Shown: positions 1 through 13,142 of the stretch, one piece after another
Layout: every line of letters starts with the position of its first letter
Position numbering within the stretch: position 1 is the first letter of the stretch
The notes under the pieces: generated by a model
Database searches by the model: none
Told to the model about the DNA's origin: nothing
Seen by the model: only the letters and a program-made list of their open reading frames with translations
From: Ptychomitrium polyphyllum
Lineage: Eukaryota
Assembly: GCA_973851085.1 (NCBI GenBank)
Contig: OZ316775.1
Location: 4,650,001 to 4,714,000, forward strand
Reading direction: 5' to 3'
DNA length: 64,000 nt
Position numbers and translations under genes: made by a program

Positions 1-195
1 TAATTGCTTCTAAGCCAATAGTTGCCCTGATTGACCTTCACATGATCAAGTTGACATCTCACTGTAGTTTAGCCTGTAACCCAATGTTTCGTTAACGATT
101 ACTTTAATAACTACAAATATGTACATCGGAGCATGTAACAATTTAAGACTGCATTCTCTTGAGCTTCTCTATTTATTGTTAATTTGAATCTGTAG

Positions 196-1336
196 GGCGT
201 TCTCGGGTAATGGTAAAGAGAGGTGGAGAACTATCAGCTATTCACTTGCATTGGTACAAGCTGTCCGATTTCCAGAGAAAAAACTCCAGGTGATTTATCA
301 ACATTTGAGTAGCTAATTCATACCATACGTGGGGTTCTAGAATTCTTCCAGATCGCTTCTAGTATTCTGTGCAAGCCAAAGAGCTTAATGTTGAGATGGA
401 TTCTTTTGTTAGAAATGGGCCGACACAGAAAATTTCGACTTAACTCAAGTGTATACTCCTGTATTTGCTATGCCTCTATTGAATTCCGAACCTTGCCTTA
501 CAGCTTTTCATACCATTGCTCATTATATCATTGCACAGTTTATAAGCGCGTTTGATTTGGAAGTTTTATATAGCTGCGAAGTTTTTCCGAAGATTTTACT
601 TTCCAAAACAGAAAATTGCATATTGCAGGTTACTTCCAGAGATAATACTAGCATCAAATGAGGAGATTCCATTCTTGGTGCTGTACCGTAAGGTATTTTT
701 AGACACTCTTCTCAATGAGAGTAACTTGTTGCCTGAGGATGCAGTACTCTCGCCTCTTATTCAGTTGTATCCATGGATGCTGAACGAAAGGGGAAGGCAA
801 ATACAAGAAGTGTTCAAAGAATCGTGGATTGCGAGGAAGTTGGAGTGGCCCCCAAACACTAATGTACTCCAATTCAGCTGTTGATTATTGTAACGTGCTT
901 TCAAAGTTGTTATTGAGGAAGCGATCTGCCTAAGAATGTAGACATCTAGAAATAGAGATTTTATGTTTTATTAATTTTTTTAAGCAGATGACGTAAACCA
1001 TGGAATTAAAGATGTTGAAATCACCATCTTTTTGGTCTTGAGCTTTTGATATAGTAATGTTGATTCGGGTGCTCTATGGTATTGGTGCAGTGTATGAAAG
1101 ATAAAAACAGGCAAAAATATCTCAAAGGTTTCAATAATTCTCTTCTTACGATCTTGCCGTTGCTGCAAAGCCACACCGTTCGGCAACCAACCTGGCTCTT
1201 CCACTCAAACTTGGAGGTTAGCTGGCCAGAGGATCCTTCTGATATCATCAAAAAGAAAATTGACAGTGCGATAGGAAAGTCCCCGACACACAACGACTCA
1301 ACTACTGACAATTGTTGTTCCAGCAGGGATGAGTAG
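196..1336 (+). CDS. NPHP1: Nephrocystin-1-like ciliary transition-zone protein, 3' part (gene starts before the window). Exons ~196-289, 629-863, 1091-1336
   Basis: The GT-AG junctions are phase-compatible and give ...IHLHWYKLSDFQRKNSRLLPEIILASNEEIPFLVLYRKVFLDTLL...VLSPLIQLYPWMLNE...EVFKESW...TILPLLQSHTVRQPTW. This parallels the NPHP1 C-terminal domain as I recall it (LLPETLIG...LLIFYRQILGDVLL...HPMLATFPMLLEQ...DALRSSW...CVLPLLHS...W). Confidence 0.65.
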
Positions 1337-2765
1337 AATTGGTATTTTTTCTACTATTGTTACGTAGGTACTGTAGCTTAGAACCAAGAGTTTCACAGCA
1401 TGCCTTCTAATATAGTTGCAGTAGAATATGAGAGCGATTGATTGAAAAATGGCTCAAAGATGTTACATGTTGCTATAAAGATGTTGCTTGGATATCATGA
1501 CTTCCGGCATAAACGACTCACGTTATTGTGATATAATACTACGATTTGGCCTAATTTGTTGAGCATAAAGGGCCAGTATCAGTACAAGTCGATAACAATC
1601 TACAGTAGCTGACTGACTTTTGGCATAGTTTCTTAGTAAAAAGGATCTTTCATTTTATACAAATAATAAGATAGAAGGGCCTGGAAAGAGGGGAAAAAAA
1701 TGTGGCATGATGTACAGTGATTCTTAGGGGCAAGATGCTGTACTAATCGTTTTAGTTAAACTGGTGCTCCACCATAATTGCCGATCTTCCGGATAAGAAT
1801 CCAAAGCTCCTTAAATCATTTCCCAAATTCCAAAAATTGCTAAATTCTATTGCACAAACTCACTATACAAGGCACTACTCCGCAAACAATAATTCTGCTT
1901 TGACCTCAAGACTTGTCTCCTATAGCTCTTCCTATCACTATCTCCTGATTCCTCACAAGCCCATCTGCTTACTCTGCTTGAGGAGCATATCATTGATGTC
2001 CTAAATTGTGAAATACTATGCACAGGAAACGAACACCTTACGCAATTAATACATCTAAGCCACGGGTCTGCTCTTTAACAGATAATCCAGCTCCAAATAA
2101 CGTAAGCTTAGCCTAGTCTCACCCCTTCAAACAATCATTTGCAATACAACCTTCTACATTTCTTCCTGCAATAGAGACAGTGGTCACAAACGAGGTTAGA
2201 CAGTCTCTTGTGCTGTACACAATCCAACAACAAACCATCATGAAAGCATCAGAAGTATAAGGACTCAAGTAATTCGTGCAGAAGAATACGGAAGACGCAG
2301 CTGAGGACATTATGGGCTCTGGAATGAAGAACAAATACTTAACGTAAAATTTAATATTCTCAACTTACCTAAGCATGTTTTAAGAAACTAACATAGAAAA
2401 GCAACTTCGTTCTCGGCCTGAACTAACACAACTCTAACCTCAATGCCCGAAATCGTCTGTTCAGAATAAGGTAGAGTGCCCAATAGCAAGAGTAACAGGG
2501 AATCTAGTGTTATTTAACCTAAGTAGAGGACCCAATTCTCGTTATTAAATGATGACCATGAGCTAGATCCACAAGAATTGGGCCCTCGACCCTAACCTAT
2601 TTACCCCTAATCACAGAACTAGAAATGCAGAGTATATTCCCTGAAACTACAGTCGTCGACCTTCCACAGCATCATTACCTGAAGTTTTACGTACCTCTAC
2701 AACACCTAATTTTCAAACATAAAAATAAAAATAAAAGCTCAGAACAGGTAAAGGATAGGATTTCA

Positions 2766-4031
2766 TTAATTCTCGTTCTCGTGGATGATAGATATTGCCT
2801 GCAGAAGATGACAAAGAATGCGAAGTGTTAAAATTGAAACAGTTGAAAACATGTAAAGACGAATTTATGTGCTGAAGGGACCAAATATGAGCAATTTAAA
2901 AATGAGTCACAGACCTGGGCCATAAGCCGTCCTGCCATCAGTCTTAGAAATTCCTTGTATGGCCAGGTTGTTAAAACAAACACTCCGGAGTTACGGATTT
3001 CTGGAGAACATCTTTCTTGTACGGTCCTCATCTCCGCAATGAGGGCACACCAGTAGCTCCTCCACAAATTGATGTTGATTGCATGGTGCCCGAGGTGAGG
3101 AGCGTTATGAGGTCGGAGATAATCCACATCGTCGGCCAACTTCAGCAAAGTTCGGGACGCTTGAATAAGGTTTCTTGCATTTCTAAGAGATGGTTCGTGC
3201 ATTGTTTCCAGAGTAGATAAGCCTTCTGTCTCCAGCCATTGTAAATACTCATCGCTGCTTTTGCTGCCAGGAACTTCAAAGTATTCTTGAAAGTTTTGTT
3301 GCTGTTCTAGAAGCTCTGTTCGAGAACCTGCTGAATACACCAGCGAACAATTTAGATGGATACAATAAATCGAAGACTCCAATAAATACCACACTCTAAG
3401 TTTATTCAAATCAGAAGATTAACAGCAGAAGCCTTATCATGTACAAGGATATTTGTTTCGAAAGAATCAAGAAATGACCTAATTAGGAGATATCCTAATG
3501 TAGAATAGGTCTGTGAGACTACGAGCACGACGTCGGCCAGGAACTAGAAAAATATCAGGAACAAAAAATCTAGCAATAATTACAAGTACACGAATGTTAG
3601 ACTGCTAAAGCCATCTGATAGGGAATAACTTGAGTACTCACATCGGGCCAAGAACATGTTCATTTCGTCGTTTGGCTGCTCAAACTCTGGAAAAACCGCA
3701 CTATTAAGAAGAGCATTTCGAAGATTCGTGTATTCCTCCTGTGCGCGAATGTCTGGGAACGAAAGGATGCCTTCCCTGAGGTCACTCCGTTTCGGCCGGA
3801 GATCCTCAGCGCTCAATACACCGTCAATGTTGATGTCCATGGATTCGCACACGTTCTGTTTCGGTGATAGAACGGGTGACAAGAACTATTCCATTGGTAG
3901 GAAATTTCAGAAAAGGCAGTTAAGAGCAGAGTAAGCATCTGAATGCACAAGTTTTGGAACTCAAAGCTAACTGAGCATTTTACAAAGTTCCTCAATTCGA
4001 CCTGTCTCAGCTCCGGTTGAGCTCTGGCCAT
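2766..4031 (-). CDS. Hypothetical ~247-aa protein. Exons ~4031-3984, 3886-3642, 3328-2914, 2795-2766, plus a 5'UTR exon ending ~4262
   Basis: ORFs 3580..3882 and 2828..3409 join through canonical GT/AG sites in matching phase (MARAQPELRQVELRNF|FLSPVLSPK...FLARC|SRTELLEQ...LMAQ|AISIIHENEN*). No recognisable domain. Confidence 0.55.
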
Positions 4032-4520
4032 GGCCACATTCAAAACTCTGTGACGACAAGGAGCTGCAGATTAAGAAACAATACCGCCACAACCTTCATT
4101 CCCTAAAGAGACTATCCATTGGTCAAAAACTTCGGATCAGAGAGGTAGAATCAATCAACGAATTTCAAAATGGTAGAAAAAGCGAGAAAACAGAACTGAT
4201 ATTCGTCGTCGATGGCCACGCTGAAGAGCCACGCCAAAAGCGAAGCGACAGCCCACCTCACCTGATCCTCTCTCGCGACGATCCTTCACTTCTCCATGAA
4301 AAAACATTTGGAAGCCTCAAACCTCCGTGCCTGCCAGAGTGCGAGCACTAACGACTTCACAAGCCTCTATAAACAGCGAGGGGCTCCAGCTTGGAAGTCA
4401 AAGAGTCCCGCAATAATACCGGCAACCTCATTGTCGATATTTTCAATCTTTGCATTGCAGCAACAGATCATGCCCAACCCGGGCCCGGCGCTCGAGCCCC
4501 TGCAGCTTAGCTTCTATGCG

Positions 4521-4630
4521 CACGTGCGTCGCGGAATCAATTCCAAAATGACACGTGCAATGCATGGCTCGTGCAACCACGTGTTGCGAAGGTTAAGCGC
4601 TCGTGGAAGCCCTTGCCCCGTTCACACGTG
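4521..4630. promoter_or_regulatory. Cluster of four G-box/ABRE cores (CACGTG) upstream of the hypothetical gene
   Basis: CACGTG at 4521, 4552, 4578 and 4625, with a TATA-like element near 4368. Confidence 0.6.
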
Positions 4631-5988
4631 CATCCGGTGGTGCTTGCGGGGTCGGCCATGACATTTCGCCTTGCGTTTCCTACCTGGCAAATATTTCCAC
4701 ATGTTACGCCAACAGAATTCATTTCCTCTAAAACTTCACGGCCAGGCTGTCACCTCTATCAAGTTTGAGCCATATTCCATCGCTGTGTTTTCCACCTGTC
4801 GCTGAGGTGGACACTGGTGGTAGGATCCACCACCACTGGATCTTACGGAGTTTGGGATGTCACGATGGCTTCGGGGTGACGTCAGTTGTTGGTCTTTGCG
4901 CCCGATTTCTTCTGAGCAGGTTTCTTTTTCCTCCTCTTCTTTTTCTTTCTCTACTTTATCTTCTGGTTCTCTGATGGGTCAGGATACGGATTTGCTTTGC
5001 CATGGCTTGAGGAGCAATTCAAGCAATTTATAGGTTATAATAGGGTCATACGCACATGTCGAACTTGGTACATCATAATGTAGTATTGTGTTCTTTGTCA
5101 TGGTTTAGTGATTAAATTTAATCACTAGATGGCCCATATTCCAGCAATGCTTCTATTTTACTTTGCTTTTCTTGTTTTACCTCACTTTTACTTTCTAAAG
5201 CCACAATATAGTCATAACCAATTCAATCACTTCTTTTACAAATTCTAGATTTTTAATTGCAAATAGTAATATGCACTTATATTTTCTACAAGCAAATTGA
5301 ACAAAACTTGCATGAACAAAGACAAAGTCACTCCAAATTTTTTTTAAAAGAAGTATTATCAACAGCTTACCATATCAAACTTCCATTATTATTCTATTTT
5401 GTTTGTTTTATTTTTGCGTCTCAGCATGCAAGGCTCCATAAACTCAAGCTTTACTGCATTCATACAATCATCCACAAGCCATTTCAACCCAATCTTTGTT
5501 GCAATCGTTTCTAAAGCATGTAGATGGTGAATGTATGTACTCAATCCTCAATAATACGCACATCGATAACAATTGGACAAATAATTGATGAAGAATAAAC
5601 AACTGTAAAATCAATACTCTGTTGATTGTGATGTATATCTGAAACTACTGCCAAGCATGTATACAATGAAACAGGAGGCCAGCAGCCACAAAAGCCCATT
5701 TCATATCACCAAAGTACGAGTAATATCTGACATAAATTATACAACAATGTTACAAGCATCAAAAGCGTCAGTCTACGAGCGCCAGTCCTGGCTGCACCAA
5801 AGGGGCTGGCTCTGCATGAAATTATCACAACTATGTATCGAAGTACACATAAACATCGCTCACCTATGAACTGCGTTTATCACTTTACCTCATTACTGAT
5901 CCCTTTTCTAATCTTTGTCTAATCAACACGTAAAAAATCTTAAGGATCTTCTTTATAACTCAAGTCCCTCACTTGCAATAAAACTCCA

Positions 5989-8416
5989 TTATTCATACGG
6001 TGCAACCATATTGTGAGGCCTGGCAATACTTGCTTGGTAAAGCTCCAGCTTCGAGATGGCATCAGCCAGCGCAGTTCGCAAGTCCAGGTTTTGGGAAACG
6101 ACTGGCGAGCGAGTCATGTTTTCCAGTCTTGTGCGCACCATAGCTTGCGCTAGTGCAGAATGGTCAGGGACATTCACTGACAAGCAACACAGAAGCAGCA
6201 AAGCTTTCTTCTGTGTGTACAAGTCCTGGTCTGTCAGCCACGGAAGCAGCAACTGCGCCCCATTTAGCTCCAAAATCGTTCTGGAATGCTCAATGTGGTG
6301 ATAGTTGTTGGAGTTCACGAATTTGTACAAGGCACCAGCTGCTTCTGCTGCGACTCTGGGATCGGAAATTTTCAAGGCTTTTGTGATAGGGTCAAGGATA
6401 GGCAATATTGAAGCAGGAAAGGTGCGCGCCAAGCAGCCAATTGCCACCAAACAAGGCTCCTGCAAAATGCACCAGAATAGTTGCTGTCAATCTTCTGGAG
6501 GATGGGGAACTTGAGGAAGCTGGAGAAGTGACCACCTGAGAATCCTACGAGTGGAGTGTGTGAGCATATGAATGCACTGGTAGATTACTTCAAGGAAAGT
6601 GTAGATACCTGAAGTTCCGGTTCTCCTGATTTAATGACACGAATGAGCTGATCAACCACGGCGATAGCAGCTGGTGCCTTGGCTTTGAAAGCTGCCTTGC
6701 GGATCTCTGCACTTTTTTCAGCTGAAACAGTGATTGCCATAACTGCCATTATGGAATTATATTGCACATCCCCTTTCCCTGTTTCGATTAGCTTAGCAAA
6801 ACACAGAAGGGCTCGTGTATCGGTGATAAATTTACTATTTTTGATGTTATTTTTTGCAAGCTTCCAAAGCGCCCTAGTCACTAGAACTTTCAACCTCAAC
6901 TTGGTCTCTGGGTCCTCGTTGTCTCGCTGGTTCTTGCTGGTTGTGCGTAAGGATGAAGGAAAAGAGTCGGTTCTTGCGTTCTCGCCTGGACCATTCCATG
7001 CCTCGTTGTTCTGACTCGTAGAGGATAAAGGATGCACTCTCCCAGAGCCACGAAAAGAAGATTCAGTGCTGGGTTTGCCTACTGTTCTATCAGCGGAAAC
7101 TTTGGGTTGTTCCATGGTGGTCCTCACAACATTGTGAAGTCCAGACTTAACAGTCTTGGTGAAATCCTCAACCTCGTGCGCCAGCAAATATACCAGTAAC
7201 CGGATCCCGCCTGTTTCTGCACACTCGTTTTGGGATTCCTCATCTCTGTCGCAAAACTCTGAGAGCGCCCATGCCACCGTGGCCTGCTCAGACAATAAAA
7301 TCAACATCAGTCCAAGGAGTACAAATCACAACCAAAACTCCGAGAACTAACCGCTTCGGTAAATTTAGTAGAGCAAGCACCTTATGAATCCCTATCTATC
7401 CATTGTCCCACTCGACATAAAAGCACAATCACAACACTGATTCAGCCACAGAATGGTTCATTGCAATGCATACCCTGACAATATCAAGTAAAAAGCTCTG
7501 CAGTATTCAAGCAATTACAAACGAAAAACAAAAGAAGACACATGCACTGGTCAAGTACCCGGAAAAACCAAGCAAAGCAAATGTCATGTTGTCACCACTC
7601 AACCAAGACATCTTGCAAAGCAGAGTCATGAGCTCTGACCTGCACTTTCATCGACCCATGGCCCAGTATTTGAGAAAACACAGAAATGGCACCCTCCATT
7701 CGCATCTTTTGAACGCGCTCCTTCTCTTTTGCTAAGCAACCCAACACTTTGGCAGCCTCTTCCTGCCCAGCCACAGTCCCCTCTCTGAGCAGACGCAGTA
7801 AAGGTCCCACCCCACCCTCCTCCACAATAATCTTGGCATTCCTATCATCTTTCGCAAGTTCGGCAAGGTAGGATGCCCCTTGCGCCCTCTCCTCATCAGA
7901 ACCAACGTGCACAATGGAAATATGCTCCCATACCATGGCCAGAATAGGGTCTGTGGAGGCAATGGGAGGCAAGCCTGTAAAGTCTGGGCGATCCTCGCCT
8001 GTAGCGGAGATATTGAGCAGCCACCGAACATCCACAATAGAATTTTCCAGATGCTGATTGAGCCGCCTGAAGTCGGAAGCGTTGGTGATGGTGATGACTC
8101 GCTTGAGCATTCCACTTCTCTTGCATTTCTTCACAAGAACGAAGGATTTCTGTAACGTTTTCTCGACCTCTATCATGATCCGCCGTGTGGGGCTTTCGTA
8201 GAGACCCAGAGCACTTGTGCTCGCGAACCGTGCAGCTTGACGCAGAAGCTTCCCGAGAGTGTCCACTTTCCTGCTCACCTCTGCACATTCTTGTTTAAAG
8301 GACTCCGCCTTCTCCACCACCTTCCTGACATGGTCTGTCAGACCTATAGGTACCACTAGCAAGTCCTCAATTTTGGACTCATTCTGCATCTGCGTGAACT
8401 GCATCCTTGGGTCCAT
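5989..8416 (-). CDS. ARO: ARMADILLO REPEAT ONLY (ARO)-family protein. Exons 8416-7640, 7283-6609, 6459-5989
   Basis: The N-terminus SFKQECAEV...LLRQAAR...LYESPTRRI...GMLKRVITI...LENSIVDVRWLL is typical of ARO1-4. ARM repeats follow (IVEEGGVGPLLRLLREG; ALWKLAKNN; ITDTRALLCFAKLIE; AIGCLARTFPA). Phase-0 GT-AG introns. Confidence 0.9.
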
Positions 8417-11096
8417 CTCACAGGCGTCGTCTCTGTGAACCCTGCACAAGATTCAACACAAGAAATGTTGCGATAACTCATTGATGATTCTGTCAGAAGA
8501 AGAGTGCATCTATCCTTCAAAATTAGTAGACCTTAGGTATGTACAGGTGAGTCTCCTTCTAGTTAAATTGTCCTTCGCAAGACACAGACTAAAATTTAGT
8601 GCAGTAAACAAACCCAAGTTGCACATTTAAAAAAATTAACAAACTAAAGCTAACAAACCTAAAGGGTAAAAATTGACCTAAATTGTGGAAGAACTAAACA
8701 GCTCGGATGGAGTGAAGACCAATATGACATAACCAAAAATTCTAAGAATCCCACTACGTAGACCGTGCGAAGGAAACACCAAGCCCAGTGTTCAAACAAA
8801 TGGAACACGCCCATGTTCACAGCGAAAGTTCCATATGGCAAGTAACTCAAAAAGGGTTCTTTTCCAAGGTTCTAAGATCCTGGACATAGCCAGGAATAAC
8901 CTGGTGTGACTCGACGGACGAAATAACAATTGCAACAACCAGCTAAAGCTCCAGATTACCAAAACAAACGGCAACTCAAGAAAAGTGGAAACAAGGAACC
9001 AAGCGAGACAACCGAAGATGTGCTTACTAGGAAGAAAATAGCTGAACCTCGATACAGCGAGCTGCAAATTAATCAATTCATCTTCTCTTCTCATTCTCAT
9101 CCCCTGCAACACACCGCTCCTCCGCCATGCCCTCACTCAAATTCTTCCGCAATTGTCTGTCTGTAGGCAAAAACCAAGGTGTCAAAAACTCAAACTATTA
9201 CGAATGCCTCCAAACGGCAAACCCGTCTCCCAATCAACCAATACTGCTCAAATCGGTACTCCGAGCACGCCAACACACTCAGGATCGAAGAAACGCTTGC
9301 ACGTCCAGCACCACAAAACTGAAACCTACTGCCAGCAACAAGACACACAACTTGAGACCCACCTGCTCGCTGCATGCCCAAACCGTGAGCTTTCAAACCT
9401 CTATCATTCCTATCTCACAGTCTCCAGTACCCCTTTGAGCCCCTCTCTCCTCTCTCACACGTGCTGAATGACTGAATAAACTCAACCTCTGAAGCTGGAT
9501 AAAACAGGCAAGAAGAAGAGCCAGAAATGGAGAAGAAATGCTAGGAAAGTGTGACTTCGAATCGAAGCTCTGCAAAAACTGGCAGGTTGGGAAGAAGCAC
9601 AAGACCACAAGCTGAGACCATTAATGCACGAGAATCCTGCTCCAGAACTCCTGATTCCACACCCTGCAGACTCCCGGGTGTGGACTGGGTTCCATGGTAT
9701 CGGAGCAGTACTGGGCCAGTATCTTAAGGGTATCAGGCTGGGTACTGAGAGCCTGCTGTGAAACTTTTGGAATGGTTCCTAACTTCAGTTGTACCGACTT
9801 ACTCCACGGGTTTGCAGCGTCTCGGTGACTACCCTGACAGGCGAGGACTGGTGACCACCGTTTTGCAGTCTTGAACAGTGGTGGAGGCCGAGTTTTTCTT
9901 GGTGGTTTGGACGCTGGTACAAGTTTGTTCACCTCCTGTAATGTGAATTGGAGCTACTTCCACAGGGAGTACAGGACCAGGGAGTCTGAGTCCCTTCCAG
10001 CAATGTTGCGACTTGAACGGTGTCATATCTATCCACCAGGGTAGACACAGAAGGCTTGCATGTCCCTGAATGTGGAGGTTTTGGGCAAATATTCGCTGCT
10101 TAGGAAAAAGCTACACGCTTTCATCTGGTTGTTATGTGAGTGTCATCTAGGTAACACCCAGGTAAAGAACTTCATCCGGGTTTTAGCCTGAGATAGTAAA
10201 CCTGAACTGGGAAGTTGGCAGTTTTCTGGATCTTTGTGTACGTTGCATTCCATCATGCCACTTCATGGAGGCCAGGGGTTAGCTATGGGACAAGCTTCCT
10301 AGGTACCATGATGTTGGTGGATTTCACACTGCGATGGTGTTGAACTTGGTGGCCACCAAATTTCTTGAACACAAGATTCTGCTGAAATGGAGCCTGGAGA
10401 GTTTCAGATTGTTTGCAAAAGCTTTTGGATCAAGTTGAACATAACGATGTGAAACCTTTCATTGCACTAACATGAATTTAATGAGGAAGAAATCTGGTGG
10501 CTGTCCCAGCTGTTGTGATAGCATTGCTCGCATACCACATTGTTCGGTCCAGAGTTGGTTGATGAGATTCTAAAGATACCACACAACGGTTTGTTAAAAA
10601 TATGAGAAAATTTAGTAATCAATACCAAATACTTTAAACTGGTGTATACAGAATACTAAAATGTACATTATTTTAACTTAATTTTCTTAACATGTATTAA
10701 AGAAAGAATGTTGTTTGACCTATTATACCAAGTCTCATTTCTGAGCAACGTATGATTAAAACCACTCAAATTCCTATATAGAATCTAATTTCTAATATTA
10801 CTTGTTCATCTTAAGTTAAAAAGACATTGCAAATGACCAAGTTAATATTTTATGCACAAAAAACTACATGCTTCATCACCAACAATGGATGATATTTGGG
10901 ATTTTTTTTTCATTCTGAAGCAAAAGTGTACAAAAAGGGTAAATAATTAATTGTTACAAAATCCATCTTATTATTAAAGCAAAATTACCTTAATTGGTGA
11001 AATAATCTTAGTCATCAAAGAAACAATTCAAACCTATTTGTAAAGAATCAATAATTTTGTAAAAATAGGTTGATGGGTTTTAATTTGTGCTTTGAT

Positions 11097-11180
11097 ATAT
11101 TTATATTTATATATATATATATATATTTTTTATTTTTTTATTTTTTTTTGTTTTATTTTTCTGATTTTTTTATTTTTATT
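11097..11180. repeat. (TA)n microsatellite followed by a T-rich low-complexity tract within an AT-rich island
   Basis: Direct observation. Confidence 0.85.
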
Positions 11181-11648
11181 TTTGACATTCAAAAGTTCTT
11201 TTGTATTATTTTCAACAATGGAAAATTTTAGATGCTAAATGGATAAAAAAGAACTAGTAAAAAAAGAAATAACATATTAGTACAAAGCTTGTTACTCATT
11301 ATAATCCATCACTAAATTTGCTTAAAAATTTTTGAAGAAAAGTCCTACAAGATTTAGTAATGATCATATTAACTCTAATACTTCATATACTTCGTATGTT
11401 GACTATCAAACATAACAAAAGGAAATAATACTCCTAAGTTTGCACAATTATACATGCTCTGCTAATTCACAAAGTCAACAAATGGTATCAAAAGGATACC
11501 TTTGTAAAAGGAAGATAAATTTAGCAAAAAGATATTTCATATGTTACGCATGATAGAGTGCTTAATGCTCTTGTAAACATGGCCTTATTTAATGTTGTTG
11601 TCCAATCAGTACTTGATGTAGAGCAAGTGCTTTCACTATCCACTCAAA

Positions 11649-13142
11649 TCATAGGTTGTACTGGAGTCCCGCATTCCACATGAGACAACAGAACTCTTTG
11701 AAGTTCAGAAACCCATCCTTATCTGCATCAAAAGTCTCCATAATTGATTGCACAACCTACATAAATGATCAATTAAACCAGTGCAGCCACTGTTATTTTC
11801 TCAAACCAAAACTCTGTCCACATTACAGAAATAATTTATGAGATGCAGGATGTAGCACTCATGGGGACTTTCTTCTAAAACTCAGTGCAAATGGTCTATC
11901 TTGTTGATCAACTGAGGAATTGGCACAGAGTGGGACATGTTGACTGCTTACTTTCTCAAGTTGCAAGTCTGAAAGGTCTTGACCACATGCAATTCTCATG
12001 GCACCTACAATCTCTGATGGAGAAATTCTACCATCATGGTCTGAATCGTAATAGCTGTACAAAACTGCATTAAATTGACCATTAAAGATAACTATAAGTT
12101 AACACAAATTACTGAACCAATGACACCCTGATATGCTGCAGCTCAGGCATCACATGTGAATGCACCACTATGAGTACATGATACTATAACACAGCTGCAT
12201 AATCCCATGACTTTACCTGGAGACCAAGAAAGGTACACATGTAGGTTTGGTATAACTTTGAAGGAAGTGTTAGAGACAGTCTAGGTATTTAGATATTAAC
12301 AAGCCCACAAAGTCTGAAAGATGCAGTAGAGACCAACCTCGAAGCTTGGAACCCGGAGTTTTTGAAGCCCTGAACAACTTGATCTCCTCAAATATTTCGT
12401 TACAGCTCACGGTGCCATCTCCATCCTTATCAATAAAATTGAACAGACCTTCTGCATAAGTGGCTGATACATATTGTTGCACAATCAGCTTGCAGAGTAC
12501 ACATTGCTAAATTTACAAGCTCCAAACTCACAAAGACTTGTGTTCCAGTTTACTTACAAAATTCCCTCTACATATCTGAAGTTTGAACATAATCTTATCC
12601 TTGTAAGGTACACAAAGCTCACAATATTGATTGAACATGTAAGTACGACCAAAAACCCTACAATACATCACTATATGTACGAAAAGCAAGTTACGTACAG
12701 CAATCCTAACTGCAATGACGATTCGGTGCATGACCACTAATGGAGAAGCAACCCAACTTTGCAATATAGTTATGTACTGTAGGACTCGTAGAATATACGT
12801 ACGATTTCCGAGCAGATCAGAAAATTTTCTTTTACACAGAAACGGCTGGTCTGCACTTGTCACCCTTTCAAACCTCATTTTAGCTCGAGCCGCCTCTTCC
12901 CTGGACACTGGTGTCAAAAATGGGAGTGCATAGTGAGCAACTTGTAAGCAAAGAAACAAAATGCACTAATTCTTTCACTTCTTTGTAACGTACTCAAGCC
13001 TGTAAAGAATCAGATTTCCAACACCATAGGGCTTTGTGCTACACAATAAGCATAATTTCCACAACCGAGGAAGAAAGCAAATAATGCATTGAGTGGTTTG
13101 ACAGTGGTACATACACCCTTTACTCGAGTGCGAGTTGCCCAT
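11649..13142 (-). CDS. N-myristoylated EF-hand protein, calcineurin-B/CHP-like. Exons ~13142-13115, 12940-12803, 12462-12338, 12064-11952, 11756-11649
   Basis: Start MGNSHSSK fits MGxxxS. EF loops DKDGDGTVSCNE, DSDHDGRISPSE and DADKDGFLNFKE. The linkers NP-TYAEGLFNFID, KLR-VLYSYYD and GQDLSDLQLEKVV parallel calcineurin B. Confidence 0.8.

Noticed and set aside
9621..10500. Short ORFs upstream of ARO
   Set aside because: No homology cues or coherent exon chain; treated as promoter/intergenic.
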